From positions 1-33,486 of the forward strand of contig JBBMKC010226106.1 in the NCBI GenBank assembly GCA_037834085.1: 33,486 bases of DNA. Reading direction: 5' to 3'. The notes beneath the pieces are model-generated. The model was not told where the DNA came from. It did no database searches and saw only the letters and a list, made by a program, of their open reading frames with translations. Made by a program: the position numbers and the translations under genes. This stretch comes from Bipalium vagum (taxonomy: Eukaryota). Numbering within the stretch: the stretch's first letter is position 1; each line of letters begins with the position of its first letter. This document shows, piece after piece, positions 1 through 11,594 of the stretch.

Positions 1-2
1 TC

Positions 3-152
3 CAAATTTTTATGGCAAGTGACGGTTGGCTAGATAACTTTAAGAAGCGCCACGGCATTGTGTTTAAGACAGTACAGAGTGAAGCTGGAGCAGTAAATTC
101 GCAATTTCTTCTTCAGTGGCAACAACAGGTTCTCCAGCTGCCTGTCTTTTAA
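3..152 (+). mobile_element. pogo/Tigger transposase fragment (CENP-B-type HTH), truncated at the window start
   Basis: Frame from 3 reads QIFMASDGWLDNFKKRHGIVFKTVQSEAGAV..., matching the Tigger/CENP-B motif F.AS.GWL..FK.RH.I.....GE; stop at 150-152. Confidence 0.8.
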
Positions 153-503
153 ATTCCATACGAAATTATATTCTTGGACCAGAAAAGTTTTGAAAAATAG
201 GTGGAGAATCCATTTGTGATTTTGAATATTCTTATTTATATCATCTAGTGCTTTTCATTATTATTTATTAAATTGAGTAAACTGATTTCATAAGACTTTT
301 GTTGAATTCCAAAAATATTACCATATTGCATGCAGCAACGTTTATATTTTATATCTTCTTATATCTCAATATTTATATTAATCAAATTTTGGTAAAATAT
401 TATACGAATCCATCTCTTCTCTGAAAAGTTTGACATGTATTTTTTCATTTTGTTGAATTTACTTCAAACTGAAGAAGTGACCATGGAGATAATCTTTAAG
501 TTA

Positions 504-614
504 TTTATTTTGAGGAATAAGAATAAGAAATTCCTTTTCTATACATATCATTCATCTTCTGTGTATCCAACAGAATTTTCTGTATTTTTCCTTCAAAACT
601 AGAATCCATTTATT
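504..614 (-). promoter_or_regulatory. Candidate polyadenylation signals of the GPCR
   Basis: AATAAA on the minus strand at 609-614 and 504-509, ~210-320 nt after the stop; hexamers are frequent by chance in this composition. Confidence 0.3.
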
Positions 615-821
615 TCATCAAAAATGATTTAATGTCACAAGGCTCTGATATTAATAAAGTCAATATGAGAAATAAAAGGATAATAAAAAGTTAAGGACTG
701 TGGTATAGGAAGAAAAAAGACAAATTATGGTTTACTTTAATCATAAAACAACATAAACAAAATAATTACAATTTCAAATTAAACTGTGAATTGTTATGAT
801 AACAGATAATGAAATGTACTT

Positions 822-1994
822 TTACCTTCGAACAATTGGTCTCAAAAATCGTAATGATTTCAGCTTATTCCGAAAATTTCTATTCATAAAACAATATATA
901 ATGGGATTGGCAGCATTATTAACGTAATATAAGTAGAATATGGGCAGATTTAGCTCGATAATCTTATTTGCCATCAGGTTTGCGGGCAAAAATGTCACTA
1001 TGTAAGTGATACCTACAACAAATAACATAGCAGCTAGCTTTAGATTCTGTACAATAGTGGTCTCTTTCATATTTTTTATCATTTCGGCCACAACGGACGA
1101 GGAATTGTTGAGAGAATTCAACGAAGAATTGGTCGGATAATTAGAATGTTGATGATTTATCGAAGCGTTTTCGATAGTGTTTATACTCTTTTCAAACTTC
1201 GGATAATAAGCAACAACATATCGACTATATAAGGGAGAATTGTTTATATTTTCTCCTCTATGTTGGGATTTATTTCGAACATTTGAAATGCACTCCATTT
1301 TCTGGTGACTTAATTTTTGTATTTTGCTGGTACCCTTCAATTGATCTCGTTTTCTTCGAACTTGTATCACAGTGTAATAGATAGCAGAATACAAACCAAC
1401 TACTATTAGAATACATATAGAATAACTGACAAGTTGACTTTTCTGAGTTATTTGATAGAAAAGTTTTTGAGATAGAGATCTTTCTTGCCAATCTGGAGCT
1501 TCAATACATCTTGATATATTAGTGAAACCAACATTACTTATATTCATTAGCGTCGTTTCAATGTGTACTTGAAAAGACGCTAAAATTCCCAATAACATTG
1601 ATAACATAAGAACAATACATATAAACAGTCTGGATCTATTTATATTCATGATTTGCAAAAATGGATGGCAAATACAGAAGTACCTATCCATTGCTATTAA
1701 GCTGATAAGAAGAGCACTGAAAGGAATTAATGAATTGTTAAAAAACATATAAGATTTACAGACAAATGAACTTCCAATTTCCCATTCGTGGAATTCAATA
1801 AATGCAGTAGTGGGAATAATAAAAACACAAGTGAAAATATCTGACCCAGCGAGCACTGTCATAAACAGGTTGCTCGTTATCTTATCACATCTTTTAACAT
1901 AAATAAGTATAACAAATAGATTTCCAATTCCTCCAACCACACTAATGATGGACAATAGAACCAAAGCTGCAGGAATCTGCTGTTTGACATCCAT
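822..1994 (-). CDS. Class A (rhodopsin-like, 7tm_1) G protein-coupled receptor, orphan/peptide-receptor-like; uninterrupted CDS, 390 aa
   Basis: Seven hydrophobic segments; TM1 GN (GIGNLFV), TM2 LAxxD (LAGSD), Cys before TM3 (FVCK) and in ECL2 (RCIE), DRY (AMDRYFCICHP), TM6 FLP, TM7 NPIIY, helix 8 NRNFR. An in-frame TAG two codons upstream of the ATG (1998-2000) closes the ORF at its 5' end. Confidence 0.96.
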   Translation of the reverse strand: MDVKQQIPAALVLLSIISVVGGIGNLFVILIYVKRCDKITSNLFMTVLAGSDIFTCVFIIPTTAFIEFHEWEIGSSFVCKSYMFFNNSLIPFSALLISLIAMDRYFCICHPFLQIMNINRSRLFICIVLMLSMLLGILASFQVHIETTLMNISNVGFTNISRCIEAPDWQERSLSQKLFYQITQKSQLVSYSICILIVVGLYSAIYYTVIQVRRKRDQLKGTSKIQKLSHQKMECISNVRNKSQHRGENINNSPLYSRYVVAYYPKFEKSINTIENASINHQHSNYPTNSSLNSLNNSSSVVAEMIKNMKETTIVQNLKLAAMLFVVGITYIVTFLPANLMANKIIELNLPIFYLYYVNNAANPIIYCFMNRNFRNKLKSLRFLRPIVRR

Positions 1995-2049
1995 AAGCTA
2001 CTTATCCTTTATATCCTGAATTTATTTTATATTAATGTCTGCTTGATGT

Positions 2050-2062
2050 CTAAATAAAAATT
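2050..2062 (-). promoter_or_regulatory. Candidate 3' splice acceptor in the GPCR 5' UTR
   Basis: Minus strand TTTTTATTTAG|ACATC, 55 nt upstream of the ATG, where the sequence switches to extreme AT content; weaker alternative TTCAG|G at 2016. Confidence 0.45.
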
Positions 2063-4151
2063 AAATAGATTACCAAAATATTGTGTTAATACAAGATAAA
2101 TAAACAATATTTGGAATTATCTGAGACGTAAAAAATAAAAGTGATATTTATTTTTCAAATGTAAATTGAAAATTTATTTTAAATCAACTCCAGAAAAATA
2201 TAATAAATTATAGAAGATGTTAAGAAATATTCTGTAAATATTTTAATAAAATATAATAATATTTAACCAATTGTAGAATTTCATAAGTTTAATTTGAATA
2301 ATTGTAAATAGTTCTTTGAAATTCTGAAATGATATTATTAAATTCAAAAATTATTATTATAACAATTTATAATTTTAGAAATTTTTCAAAAAAAAAATTT
2401 TTGGAAAATAATTTTTATTTTTTTATTTTTGTTAAAGTTCTTTTTGTTTAATTTAAAATCTTTATGAATTTAAAACAATAAAAATTAATTTTACAATTAA
2501 ATTTAAATATAATAATTCTTTTCAAATAAAACTGTAAAAATTGAACTATTTCAGAAATATTGAAGATTTCACAATCTCTTTATTTTAATTATATTTATAA
2601 TAATAGTTATTATGATTATTTCCAGCTTAATTCAAATATTCTAAATACATAAAATATTTTGTTTTACTTTTTTAAAAAACATATTCCCATTTAAAACTGG
2701 ATATATTAATCATTATAATTATATAATTTCTTTTATTTTATATGCATGGTTTGCTGTATTTGAATTTTATTTTGTTGATTAACTTTTTTACTTGATTGAT
2801 GTCAACTAGAAACTTTATTAGCTCTAAAATTTGAAGTATCAAACTTTTGAGAAATAAATAAGTTTAATAAATAAATTATTCATTATATATAATAATAAAG
2901 ATTAAATTACATTACAATGAATATCTTTTTGGTTTAAGGAATTTCTCTATTGAAGAAATATTGAAGAATTAATTAATCATATATATTATTTATAAGACTG
3001 TATACCTAAAAAGTTTGACAAAATTTTTTCTTAATATGACAATATCCTTTTTCTCATCCAAAAATTCTATTTTAATTAAAAATTGCTTTATGTATATATA
3101 TAATATTTATTTTTATTACCACGGAGAAAAAATGACTTATATCTTAAATTTTAATATATTTAACGTTTTTACTATTAATAATACATTACTATTAATAATA
3201 TATAATATTTGAATATATAAAATATTAGTTTCCAACTGAATTCACTCTTCGGAATCAAATATTATATTTATATCCTATTTATATTAAATTAAACGTTTCT
3301 GGAGCTGGCAAGAAAAGATAGCATAGGATAAGCCGAATAATTAGAGAGTGATATTATCTAAGAACAAATTCACAACGAAGATAAAAAAATTCAAGGCAAA
3401 TAAGGAATAATTTATTAATATTATATATTAATAGTAATAGTAAAATTTCACTTATATAAATTATTAAGTTTTTATATAAATTTATTTTGTTTTTATATTA
3501 TTCTGTTATTTACACTAACTTGTGATATAAATTTCCTTGAAATATATAATCTCATATATAAACTTTGTCATTGTTTATTTAAATCAGTTGTTAAAATCAA
3601 TTGTCTAAAATTTGCGTTTTTTGAAAATTAAAAATAAATTAAATGACTGAAAATAAAGTGCCATTTTGTCACATTATGTTGTTTTTCTTTCGTGACTTCT
3701 TTGGTGACTATTTTTACGACTCCAAAGCGATTTCGAATTGTTAAACAAAAACAAATTGATGTTGCCGATGCCGATGAATTTGTTCTGCTCAACACTTCTG
3801 ATATTGATTTATTAAGGATAACCGAAAATGATCAGCACAACGTGGTACTCTTGGAATAAGTCACTCAATAGTCTCCAGATGATTTCGCAAATATTGAATA
3901 GTTAGTAAGCTTGATTCATGGGAACCGCATGAATTAAACGAGAAAAAAATTGAAAGATCGCTTAAATGCTTTATTTAGAGTCTAATGAATAAAAACAACA
4001 CTGATCCATTTTTAAAGCGCCTGGTCACAGTGGATGAACGATTATTTTTGTATGATAATTTTATGATCGGAGGACCTAATCAACTAGTATTAAAATTAGT
4101 TTACAACTGAAGAAGAAAGTTAATTTTGATGTTTTATTCCATTCATCTTAC

Positions 4152-4474
4152 TCTCCCGACTTTGCACCAACCGATTATCACCTATTTCGATATATTTCAA
4201 AAAGCTTTAGGTGTTAAGATGTCTCTTTCCTTGAAAGAGTTGTAAAGTCACCTGGATCACTTCTCCCGACTTTGCACCAACCGATTATCACCTATTTCGA
4301 TATATTTCAAAAAGCTTTAGGTGTTAAGATGTCTCTTTNNNNNNNNNNNNNNNNNNNNNNNNNNNNNNNNNNNNNNNNNNNNNNNNNNNNNNNNNNNNNN
4401 NNNNNNNNNNNNNNNNNNNNNNNNNNNNNNNNNNNNNNCCTTGAAAGAGTTGTAAAGTCACCTGGATCACTTCT
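4152..4474. repeat. 110-bp tandem duplication/array inside the mariner, interrupted by a 100-N gap
   Basis: Unit TCTCCCGACTTTGCACC...CCTGGATCACT starts at 4152 and again at 4262; the second copy is split by N at 4339-4438 and resumes at the very next base. Confidence 0.9.
4339..4438. other. Assembly gap (100 N, size probably unknown)
   Basis: Run of exactly 100 N. Confidence 0.99.
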
Positions 4475-4652
4475 TCAGCCAGAAATACCAGAACATCTAT
4501 GAGCTTGAGATTATGCAGCTGCCGCAGAGATGAAAAAAGGTCATATAACAGAATGGAAAATACTTAACTGATTAAATAAGAATTTTAATGAATGAATTTT
4601 TAGTTTAATTTTTGTCTAAAAAACAGGACGAATTTGTGCACCAATCTAATAA

Positions 4653-4762
4653 TTTTATTATTATTCTTCTGACTATTTTATTTATTGAAAAAGATGTTAA
4701 TAATATATTTTATTATTATTCTTCTGACTATTTTATTTATTGAAAAAGATGTTAATAATATA
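4653..4762. repeat. 55-bp perfect tandem duplication
   Basis: TTTTATTATTATTCTTCTGACTATTTTATTTATTGAAAAAGATGTTAATAATATA occurs at 4653 and 4708. Confidence 0.9.
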
Positions 4763-6689
4763 TAATAAATAAGCCATGTAAATGAAAGATTCAAGTAAAT
4801 TATATTTCTAATATTAACACATTGGACTAAAATAATTTTATATACATGAGAAAAATTTTCTTTTTCAGAAATCTAAACATCAAAAAAGATATTTCTCATA
4901 TATGCTATTCCCTTGATTGTTCAAAAGGAATGAATAATGATAAAAATGTCCTAAATATTTTTGAATATTAATTAATCTAATTTAAATTATTATATTTCCT
5001 TTGTTTCTAATTTGATTCGGTTAAATATTTTTAAAAGTATTTAATATTATTATTTATTAAAGAAATGTGAATTTTGTAAATCTACAGTAATTTTTGAGAG
5101 ATTTCTTCGCCTTCCTATAACATTATCATTTATCATATTTTTGATATATTCTTTCTGACTCTCAACTGTTAACTGCTCCCATTTATAGGATCAAAATCTC
5201 AATTTCAAATAATTTAGTAACTAATGTTACTATCTTAGATTTTACAAAATATATTGTAACTACTACTTCGCTAATGGTATCAAAAATTACTATTTTAACT
5301 TTTCATTTGTTTTAATCTAAATACTATTTATGGTAATTGTTAATTAATTTAAAGTAATTAGTATTATGGGTTCTTTACTATTTTTATTATTATCCAAGCT
5401 GAAGAAAATTATTTATTATAATTCTATTATTTTTTAAGGGTTTGGAAACTCTCAATACAATAACATCTTTTTCTCTGTTATATGATTACAAAGATTCATT
5501 GTTTTCAACTACATTATACGTGTGTAAATGAATTGTTTTTCAGTCATCGAGAGATTAATAAGTTTTTCTGGTTTTTGGTAGATTATTTTTTTACCATTTC
5601 TTCTTCTGAGCTCCCTGTGCCTTTGGTCATTTACTTTGGTACGGAAGTTCTTAGGTACTGGTGAGAATGTCCATCAGTACGCGTGATTTCAAAAAGACAG
5701 TGGAAGAAAAATGCAAAACTTTTATTATTATGTTTACGTATTAAAAAATTATTTTCAATTATGAAAATATTCAAAAATTCCAAATTTCACAATGATAAAT
5801 AAAATAGTTGTTCTTGTTAAAGGAAATTTGATATTGATTACAAAATTCGCAGAAGGATAATAAATTTTATTAATATTTCTCAACATTTTTTTATTTACAT
5901 AAAATAAAATATTGTGTCAATAACAAATAGATAAAAGGAATTTTTGTACCAAATTTTTTGAGCTTTGAATCGATATTTATAAAATTCATGGGGCAAATAT
6001 TAATTTTTGTTTCGTAATATTTGATAATAATATAATAATTGATTAGAATTTTTATTTATATATTTATTTTATATTCCATTGAATCTATTTTTCATATGAA
6101 TGAATTATCTAAAAATTAAAAATTTCATTTCTCAGCAAAAAGAGAAGTGAAAATTAAAATATATCTTATTACAATAATAACATAAACAAAAGAAACCCAA
6201 AAGAAATTTGAAAATTATTAATTAGAATATAATTTTTATTGAATTATTGATTATTACAGAGTGAGTTTAAGAAAATATATTTTCGAATTTTCCCAAATTT
6301 CAATAATTGAAAATACGGTCTGTATGAGACGTTATCGGTTCATTTGTAATTTCACTCCGTACTTCTATACTTAATATACAAGTTTGGTTCTTCAATCATC
6401 ATTTTTATTTTTAGGGAGTTACAAATTAATTAAAAAGGCTGAATAAATTTAATTGCTTACGCACAAAGAATGGAATCTCTTCTTAAAAAGTATCTGCATA
6501 AAAAAATATAAAATTTTAAATTAAAATTTTTGTTTAGACAATATTAGTGATATAGACTCAAGATCTGTGGATGACCAAAATATTTTTCAAACGTGCTCTT
6601 TTCAAATTCAAAAATTCTCTAAAAATTATTATTTTTAAAACATTCTTTGACGTTAAATAATTACCAAATTATATATTTCTTGTTTATTT

Positions 6690-6994
6690 ACACAATTAGA
6701 AAAAACTGGGAAGTCTTATATCACTCGTTATATTTAGCAGATATTGCTCTTTCCGATTTCTATTGGTTCTGCTCAATTCAATCCGCGCTTTTAGTTCCGA
6801 TGAAGACTTTCAAAATGGATTGATAGCTGGATTTCTTTAAAAGAAACAGAATTCTTTTCGTTGATTACACTGGGTGCCTAAAAGAGTGTTCAATATCATA
6901 TCTGTAAATAAAAAATATTTTGATTAAATGTTATTAAACAAGACTTTTAAAAAATGACTTATTAAAAAAACTGGAATCATACTAACACACCTAA
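6690..6994 (+). mobile_element. mariner 3' fragment (Mos1/mauritiana-like)
   Basis: NWEVLYHSLYLADIALSDFYWFCSIQ (=WEVLPHPPYSPDIAPSDY.LFRSM), KWIDSWISLKETEFF, KYFD*; degenerate TIR ending ACACCTAA ~6994. Confidence 0.8.
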
Positions 6995-7399
6995 AAAATT
7001 GAAAATTCTGAATCAATAAGTATATGAACACAAAATTCAATAAATATTTTAAATTAAAATTAGTTAATTAAAAAAATGTTAATAGATAAAAATTTTAAAA
7101 AATCAATAATTTAAATAGACAGTAAAAATGATAAGTCTATTTTAACGAATTTAGTATGCGTTCAGGAATGATTCTGTTACACTACAAAGCCCTTTCGCAT
7201 GGATATTCAAATTCCTAATGTTGACGATCGCTTCAGATTTTATAATTCGAATCTGATACCAGTTTTATAGAAAACTATATGGGACTATAAAAATAATTTT
7301 AAAATTTTATAAAGAAAAATAAAAGCTTGGTCAAGGATAGACACAAATGACAACCATAAGCTAAAATATCAATAAACAAAAACGTATTGTCTTTAATTT

Positions 7400-7619
7400 T
7401 TTAGGGATGGTACTGTGTAACATAAACTATTAAAAAAAAAGAATCAGTTTTGCAGGAACGATATCAGTAACAATTGGAAAAATTAAATGATATGACATCA
7501 TCAAAACAAAGTAATTTCTTTGTACGATATTGCTCCATCACGCATTTAATCATTAAGTAAGTGTTGTTACATCTTCAATGGTAAAGTCTTTCTTAATCAA
7601 ATGTGCTTTCCAGATATAT
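7400..7619 (+). mobile_element. mariner catalytic-domain fragment
   Basis: Degenerate G.V.H.LL, ERYQ*QLEKLN, KVI.LYDIAPS (=HDNAP.H), L.LQW...FPD (=WEVL..YSPD). Confidence 0.6.
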
Positions 7620-7875
7620 TACTAAGTTTACAAAGTAAGGTGACTGTCAAAATAACAATATTTATCTGATCACCAAAATTTATTTTGTCTCCTTCAAAAT
7701 ACTCTCCTCCCGTCGCGATACTCGCCAACGTTTAATTCAATTCAGAAAGCACTTTTCAAAATCAATTTTCAGATACTTCATAAGTTCATATTTCGATTTT
7801 TGTTTTATTGATTCAACCGAATTTAATCTGATTCATCAAAGTGGTTTCTTTAATAAATTGAACAGAAAAATGTCG
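7620..7875 (-). mobile_element. mariner 3' end, irritans-like
   Basis: Minus strand DIFLFNLLKKPL..RLNSVESIKQKS.ELMKY.KIDFEKCFLN*IKRW...GEYFEGDKINF; TIR-like ...CAAAGTAAGGTGACT at ~7620-7646. Confidence 0.8.
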
Positions 7876-8482
7876 AAAAATATATCTACAGAATACTGTA
7901 CATACAAAATATCATTTCTTGTTGCATCTTTTAGTATCCTTTTAAATTTCGTTTATTCAGTTTAATAGAACATTCTGACAAATACCCATTTCAAAACCCA
8001 CCAGAAAAAACTGTTAATAAATTTTAAAGAGAAATGATTTCTTTTGGATTTTCAATATTCTAATTTTATTTATTTTTTATTGTATTTTATTTTTATTGTA
8101 TCAAGTTCGAAATTAAGTATTTTTTGTGTAAAAGAAATTCGCTAAAATCATAAAGATCAAATAATTCCAATATTTTATTAAGTTATAAAATTATTGTTAT
8201 TTTATTTCTGAAGTAGAAAAGGAACCTTTAATAAAATGACTTTCATTTTTTTACTTTTCAAAGTATTTGAAAAAACAAATTTGAAAAATTACCGATTTTA
8301 ATATAAATTTATAATAAATAAATAATTTTCAAATATAAAAAATCAATTAAGAGAAAATCGAAAACAACAAAAATATTATTAATAATAAAGAATTCAAACA
8401 ATTAAACATTAAATTTGATTTTTAAAACACAGTTATGCTACTGTAACTTGGCAAAATAAAAATATTTTTTGTGTAATTAAAA

Positions 8483-9040
8483 TATTAGTTGTATGCATAA
8501 GTATTAAATCATGTTTTTAATCATTGTTTACATAAATCAACAAATAATTAAAACACCCGTTAACTTAAATTTCGGTATTTATATTGTATATTTATTGAAA
8601 AAATAAATATTTCACTTTAATTTTTATAGAATATCAGAAATGTTTGAATTTTGAAATGAGTGACGAAAATATTAACCATCGACGTAGTGTCAGATATGAA
8701 TTTCAGCAAGGAAAAAGTGCTTTTGCAGCATCTCAATCCACATGCTTAAGGCTATTTCCTATAGTACAAGTATATATTATTATTGCGGATTTAAAAACGA
8801 AAAATTCGATGAAAAAATATACCAAGAACTGATGCTCAAAAAATATTGCACCCTGTGAGTTTGGAAGACTTTTTTCTGAGAATGCTGATCAAATACAAGG
8901 ACTTGCGAAACAGTTTGGACTCGGCAAAGCAACTGTTAGCAACAGTTACATGAAATTAGATAAAATTCAGAAGGTTGGAAAGTAGGTGCCATATGAACTC
9001 TCAGAAATCAACATTTCATGTCGTTTAACAACATTCCTTG
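8483..9040 (+). mobile_element. mariner 5' half (TIR plus HTH region)
   Basis: TIR-like TATTAGTTGTATGCATAAG at 8483; MSDENINHRRSVRYEFQQGKSA (ATG 8656; ORF 8644-8832); LAKQFG, KIQKVGK*VPYELSE (8983-9000). Confidence 0.85.
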
Positions 9041-10239
9041 ATATTATAAGGTTTTGTTTAATTTTTCACTTCCATTAGATAAAACATTCTTTTGAAAATA
9101 TAATTTGGTACTGGTTTACTTTCAGAAAGTAGCAGTTTAAAATCTCCGAATTTTTAGTTTTTATATAACACTGCGAACTTTTTTACGAGTTTGGATTTCA
9201 TCAACATTTAAAATGACATCAAATTCAATTCGAGAAAAATTGTAAAGAAAAATAAAAAAACCCAGACAATTTTAAAATCACGAGAAAAAACAGATTTACC
9301 AAATTAAAATTTTATTATCTTAATTATTAATTTTCATTAAAAAATTTTATTTGTTAAACCAGATCCAGTTTATTGTTTCATTAATTAACAAATTCGATAT
9401 AAAAATAGCCACAGAAATGAAAGTTCTTTTTTCTTGTTTTAATCGAAATTAAATATGTTAAAGTTATCATACGGGTAAAAATGTGAAACAGGAAAAATGA
9501 TTAAAATCAAACATTTTTATTCTTCGGATTCCCAGGATCTGTAAACCTAATTAAAAAAACAGAAAAAAAACTAACTGGTACATTGTGAGATTTTAACATA
9601 ATTAATTATTATTTGCATTTTTAGTGAGGGTTCCATTCAGATTATAATTCTTAAATCTATTAATAAAATCAATTTTATTACGTATTGTACAGGAATCCAT
9701 AAAATATACCGTCCTTTTCGAAACGGAATATTTTATTTTAATGTAATTTTTATATTCTTTTAATGCTTTACATGAAACGATGTTCAATTTTTTTTCACAG
9801 AGCTTCACAAATATTTTCTAATAATTTTGTGGGAAAGTATAAAATAATTGTTAGGAAATAGGAACATGAAAAAATATTGAATGTTTTTTTATAATTCTTT
9901 TTGTAGGATATTAATAATTTATATTCTAGCGCTAATTAAAGTGTCCGTACATTCTTACGTTATCACTTTAACTTTCATTATACCGACAATCTTTAGAAAA
10001 TATTTTACCAATAATATAAATTTTATATTGTTCTCATTTTGTATATAAAATATACGTTTCAATTTACTATTGCACATAAATACGTATGTGGTCAAAATCT
10101 TTATTATATTATTACTTGTATTAAAATCTTTATTATTATTATTATTATTAATAAAATCTGAATATTAGATAACATAGGGATATAGAGTGAAATATTTATT
10201 AGAAATTTGCCGGTCCTTAATAACTCCAAATATATAATA

Positions 10240-10800
10240 CATATGCACAAAAAGTACTACAGCATTATAAAATTTCACCAAAATAATTGTATTAGTCATC
10301 ATAAAAACAAATATTATTTGAAAATTAATAACTCGCATGGTCTCTCTTTGTCATTACATTCCTTCTCCTCATGCTTAAATTTCTTTTTAAATTTTCATTC
10401 TCTGACATGACGACAAAGTTCATCTTAAGCACGTTTAATAGGTGACATATCAGATGATCATGTAAGAACTGGTGTATATATCTGGTACATAAAGCACCAG
10501 TCTAATTACGGAACTGTGATCATGGTTTTTAATACAGCAATCTAAAAATTTCTTATAATGTGTCCACCATTGTTATACAGTTCTGGTTGCTAAATGCATT
10601 CGTTCGGCAATATCACGAAAGCACAGCTTCTAGCGTTCCACATAATCTTCCTTTTTAAAATAGTTTAATTGAACAATTGAAAAAAATGTTAAGACAACTT
10701 AAATATTGTGAATAATTGAATTACTTTTTGTAGATCTCAAACCAATTTAAATTCCGCACTTATGATATAAATATATTAATAAAACCAAACAAATGTCAGA
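10240..10800 (-). mobile_element. Internally deleted Tc1-like element
   Basis: Minus strand GR..G.LEA..FRDIAER.....TV..WW (N-terminal HTH), SSDMSPIKRA*DELCRHV (=SPD.SPIEH.WD.L.R), SMRRR...RDHASY* (C-terminus); boundaries approximate. Confidence 0.7.
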
Positions 10801-10929
10801 TGACGCTTGCAATCGAACTAAAGAAACGAGTTATTGTCGTTAAGTTTAATAATCTTATTGTTAGTAGTTTGCCATAAGGAAATTATGAAAAAATAATTTT
10901 TTAGGACTTTTTTGATGGATAAGTATATT

Positions 10930-11590
10930 CAGGGTGGCGCTGGAAGACTGAAGGACTTTAATCTAAAATAACTTTTAGTAAAACAAATTTATATTTAATC
11001 CAAATAGTTTATTTGAAGATACAAACTTAGAATTTATGTTTTCCTAAGGCCGGAAAATAATGTCTTTTAAATGATCGCCATTTTCTTGCTCATAAAGAAT
11101 TGCCCTTTTTAAGGGAATTTTCCATCACTGCATCCAATATTTCCTGATCAAGAGTCATATCTCACTTCGGATATTTTCGTGTAGAAGTTGTTGGATGTTC
11201 TTCAACGCTTTGCCGCACAGATTCGACCATTAATTCAGTTCACACTGGACCCTTCTTAGTAAGATCTGCAACAGATCCAGTTTCTTCAAATTGTCTAATT
11301 ACATTTCTAATCATGTTCTTTAACATTGGAGTGTCTCTTCGCTTGAATGATTGATTTTCTATTTGAGTAGAAAAATTCAACAATTTTCATTTTATTATTG
11401 TTGTTGTATTTTAACATTTTAATTGCAAATACTGAAATATTGATTAACTTTAACAAATAAATATAACAAAAACTTAGTATTATAAACTCCAATAAATATA
11501 TATTCATAAAAATTCGAATAAAATTTAAATCATAACTTTTGTAAAAGTTATTTTAGATTAAAATCCTTTAGTCTTCTAGTGTCCACCATG
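10930..11590 (-). mobile_element. Non-autonomous rosa/DD41D-like (DUF4817-HTH) Tc1/mariner element, 661 bp, both TIRs present
   Basis: ~45-bp TIRs: CAGGGTGGCGCTGGAAGACTGAAGGACTTTAATCTAAAATAACTTTT versus the reverse complement of the right end CATGGTGGACACTAGAAGACTAAAGGATTTTAATCTAAAATAACTTTT; TA on the right. Coding relics KIVEFFYSN, IRQFEETGSVADL, VRQSVEEHPTTSTR fused to the C-terminal LDAVMENS...EQENGDHLKDIIF. Confidence 0.88.
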
Positions 11591-11594
11591 TACT

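Larger units (their letters stand above)
3560..4649 (+). mobile_element. Decayed mariner (DD34D) element with intact 3' TIR
   Basis: MTENKVPFCHIML (ATG 3643), SKLDSWEPHEL (=WVPHEL, ~3919), PFLKRLVTVDE (~4021), YSPDFAPTDYHLFR (~4149), LPQR*KKVI*QNGKY; right TIR AAAAACAGGACGAATTTGTGCACCAATCTAA+TA ending ~4649; many frameshifts and deletions. Confidence 0.92.

Noticed and set aside
1270-1491. 73-aa ORF nested in the GPCR
   Set aside because: Alternative frame of a real CDS with no recognisable motif.
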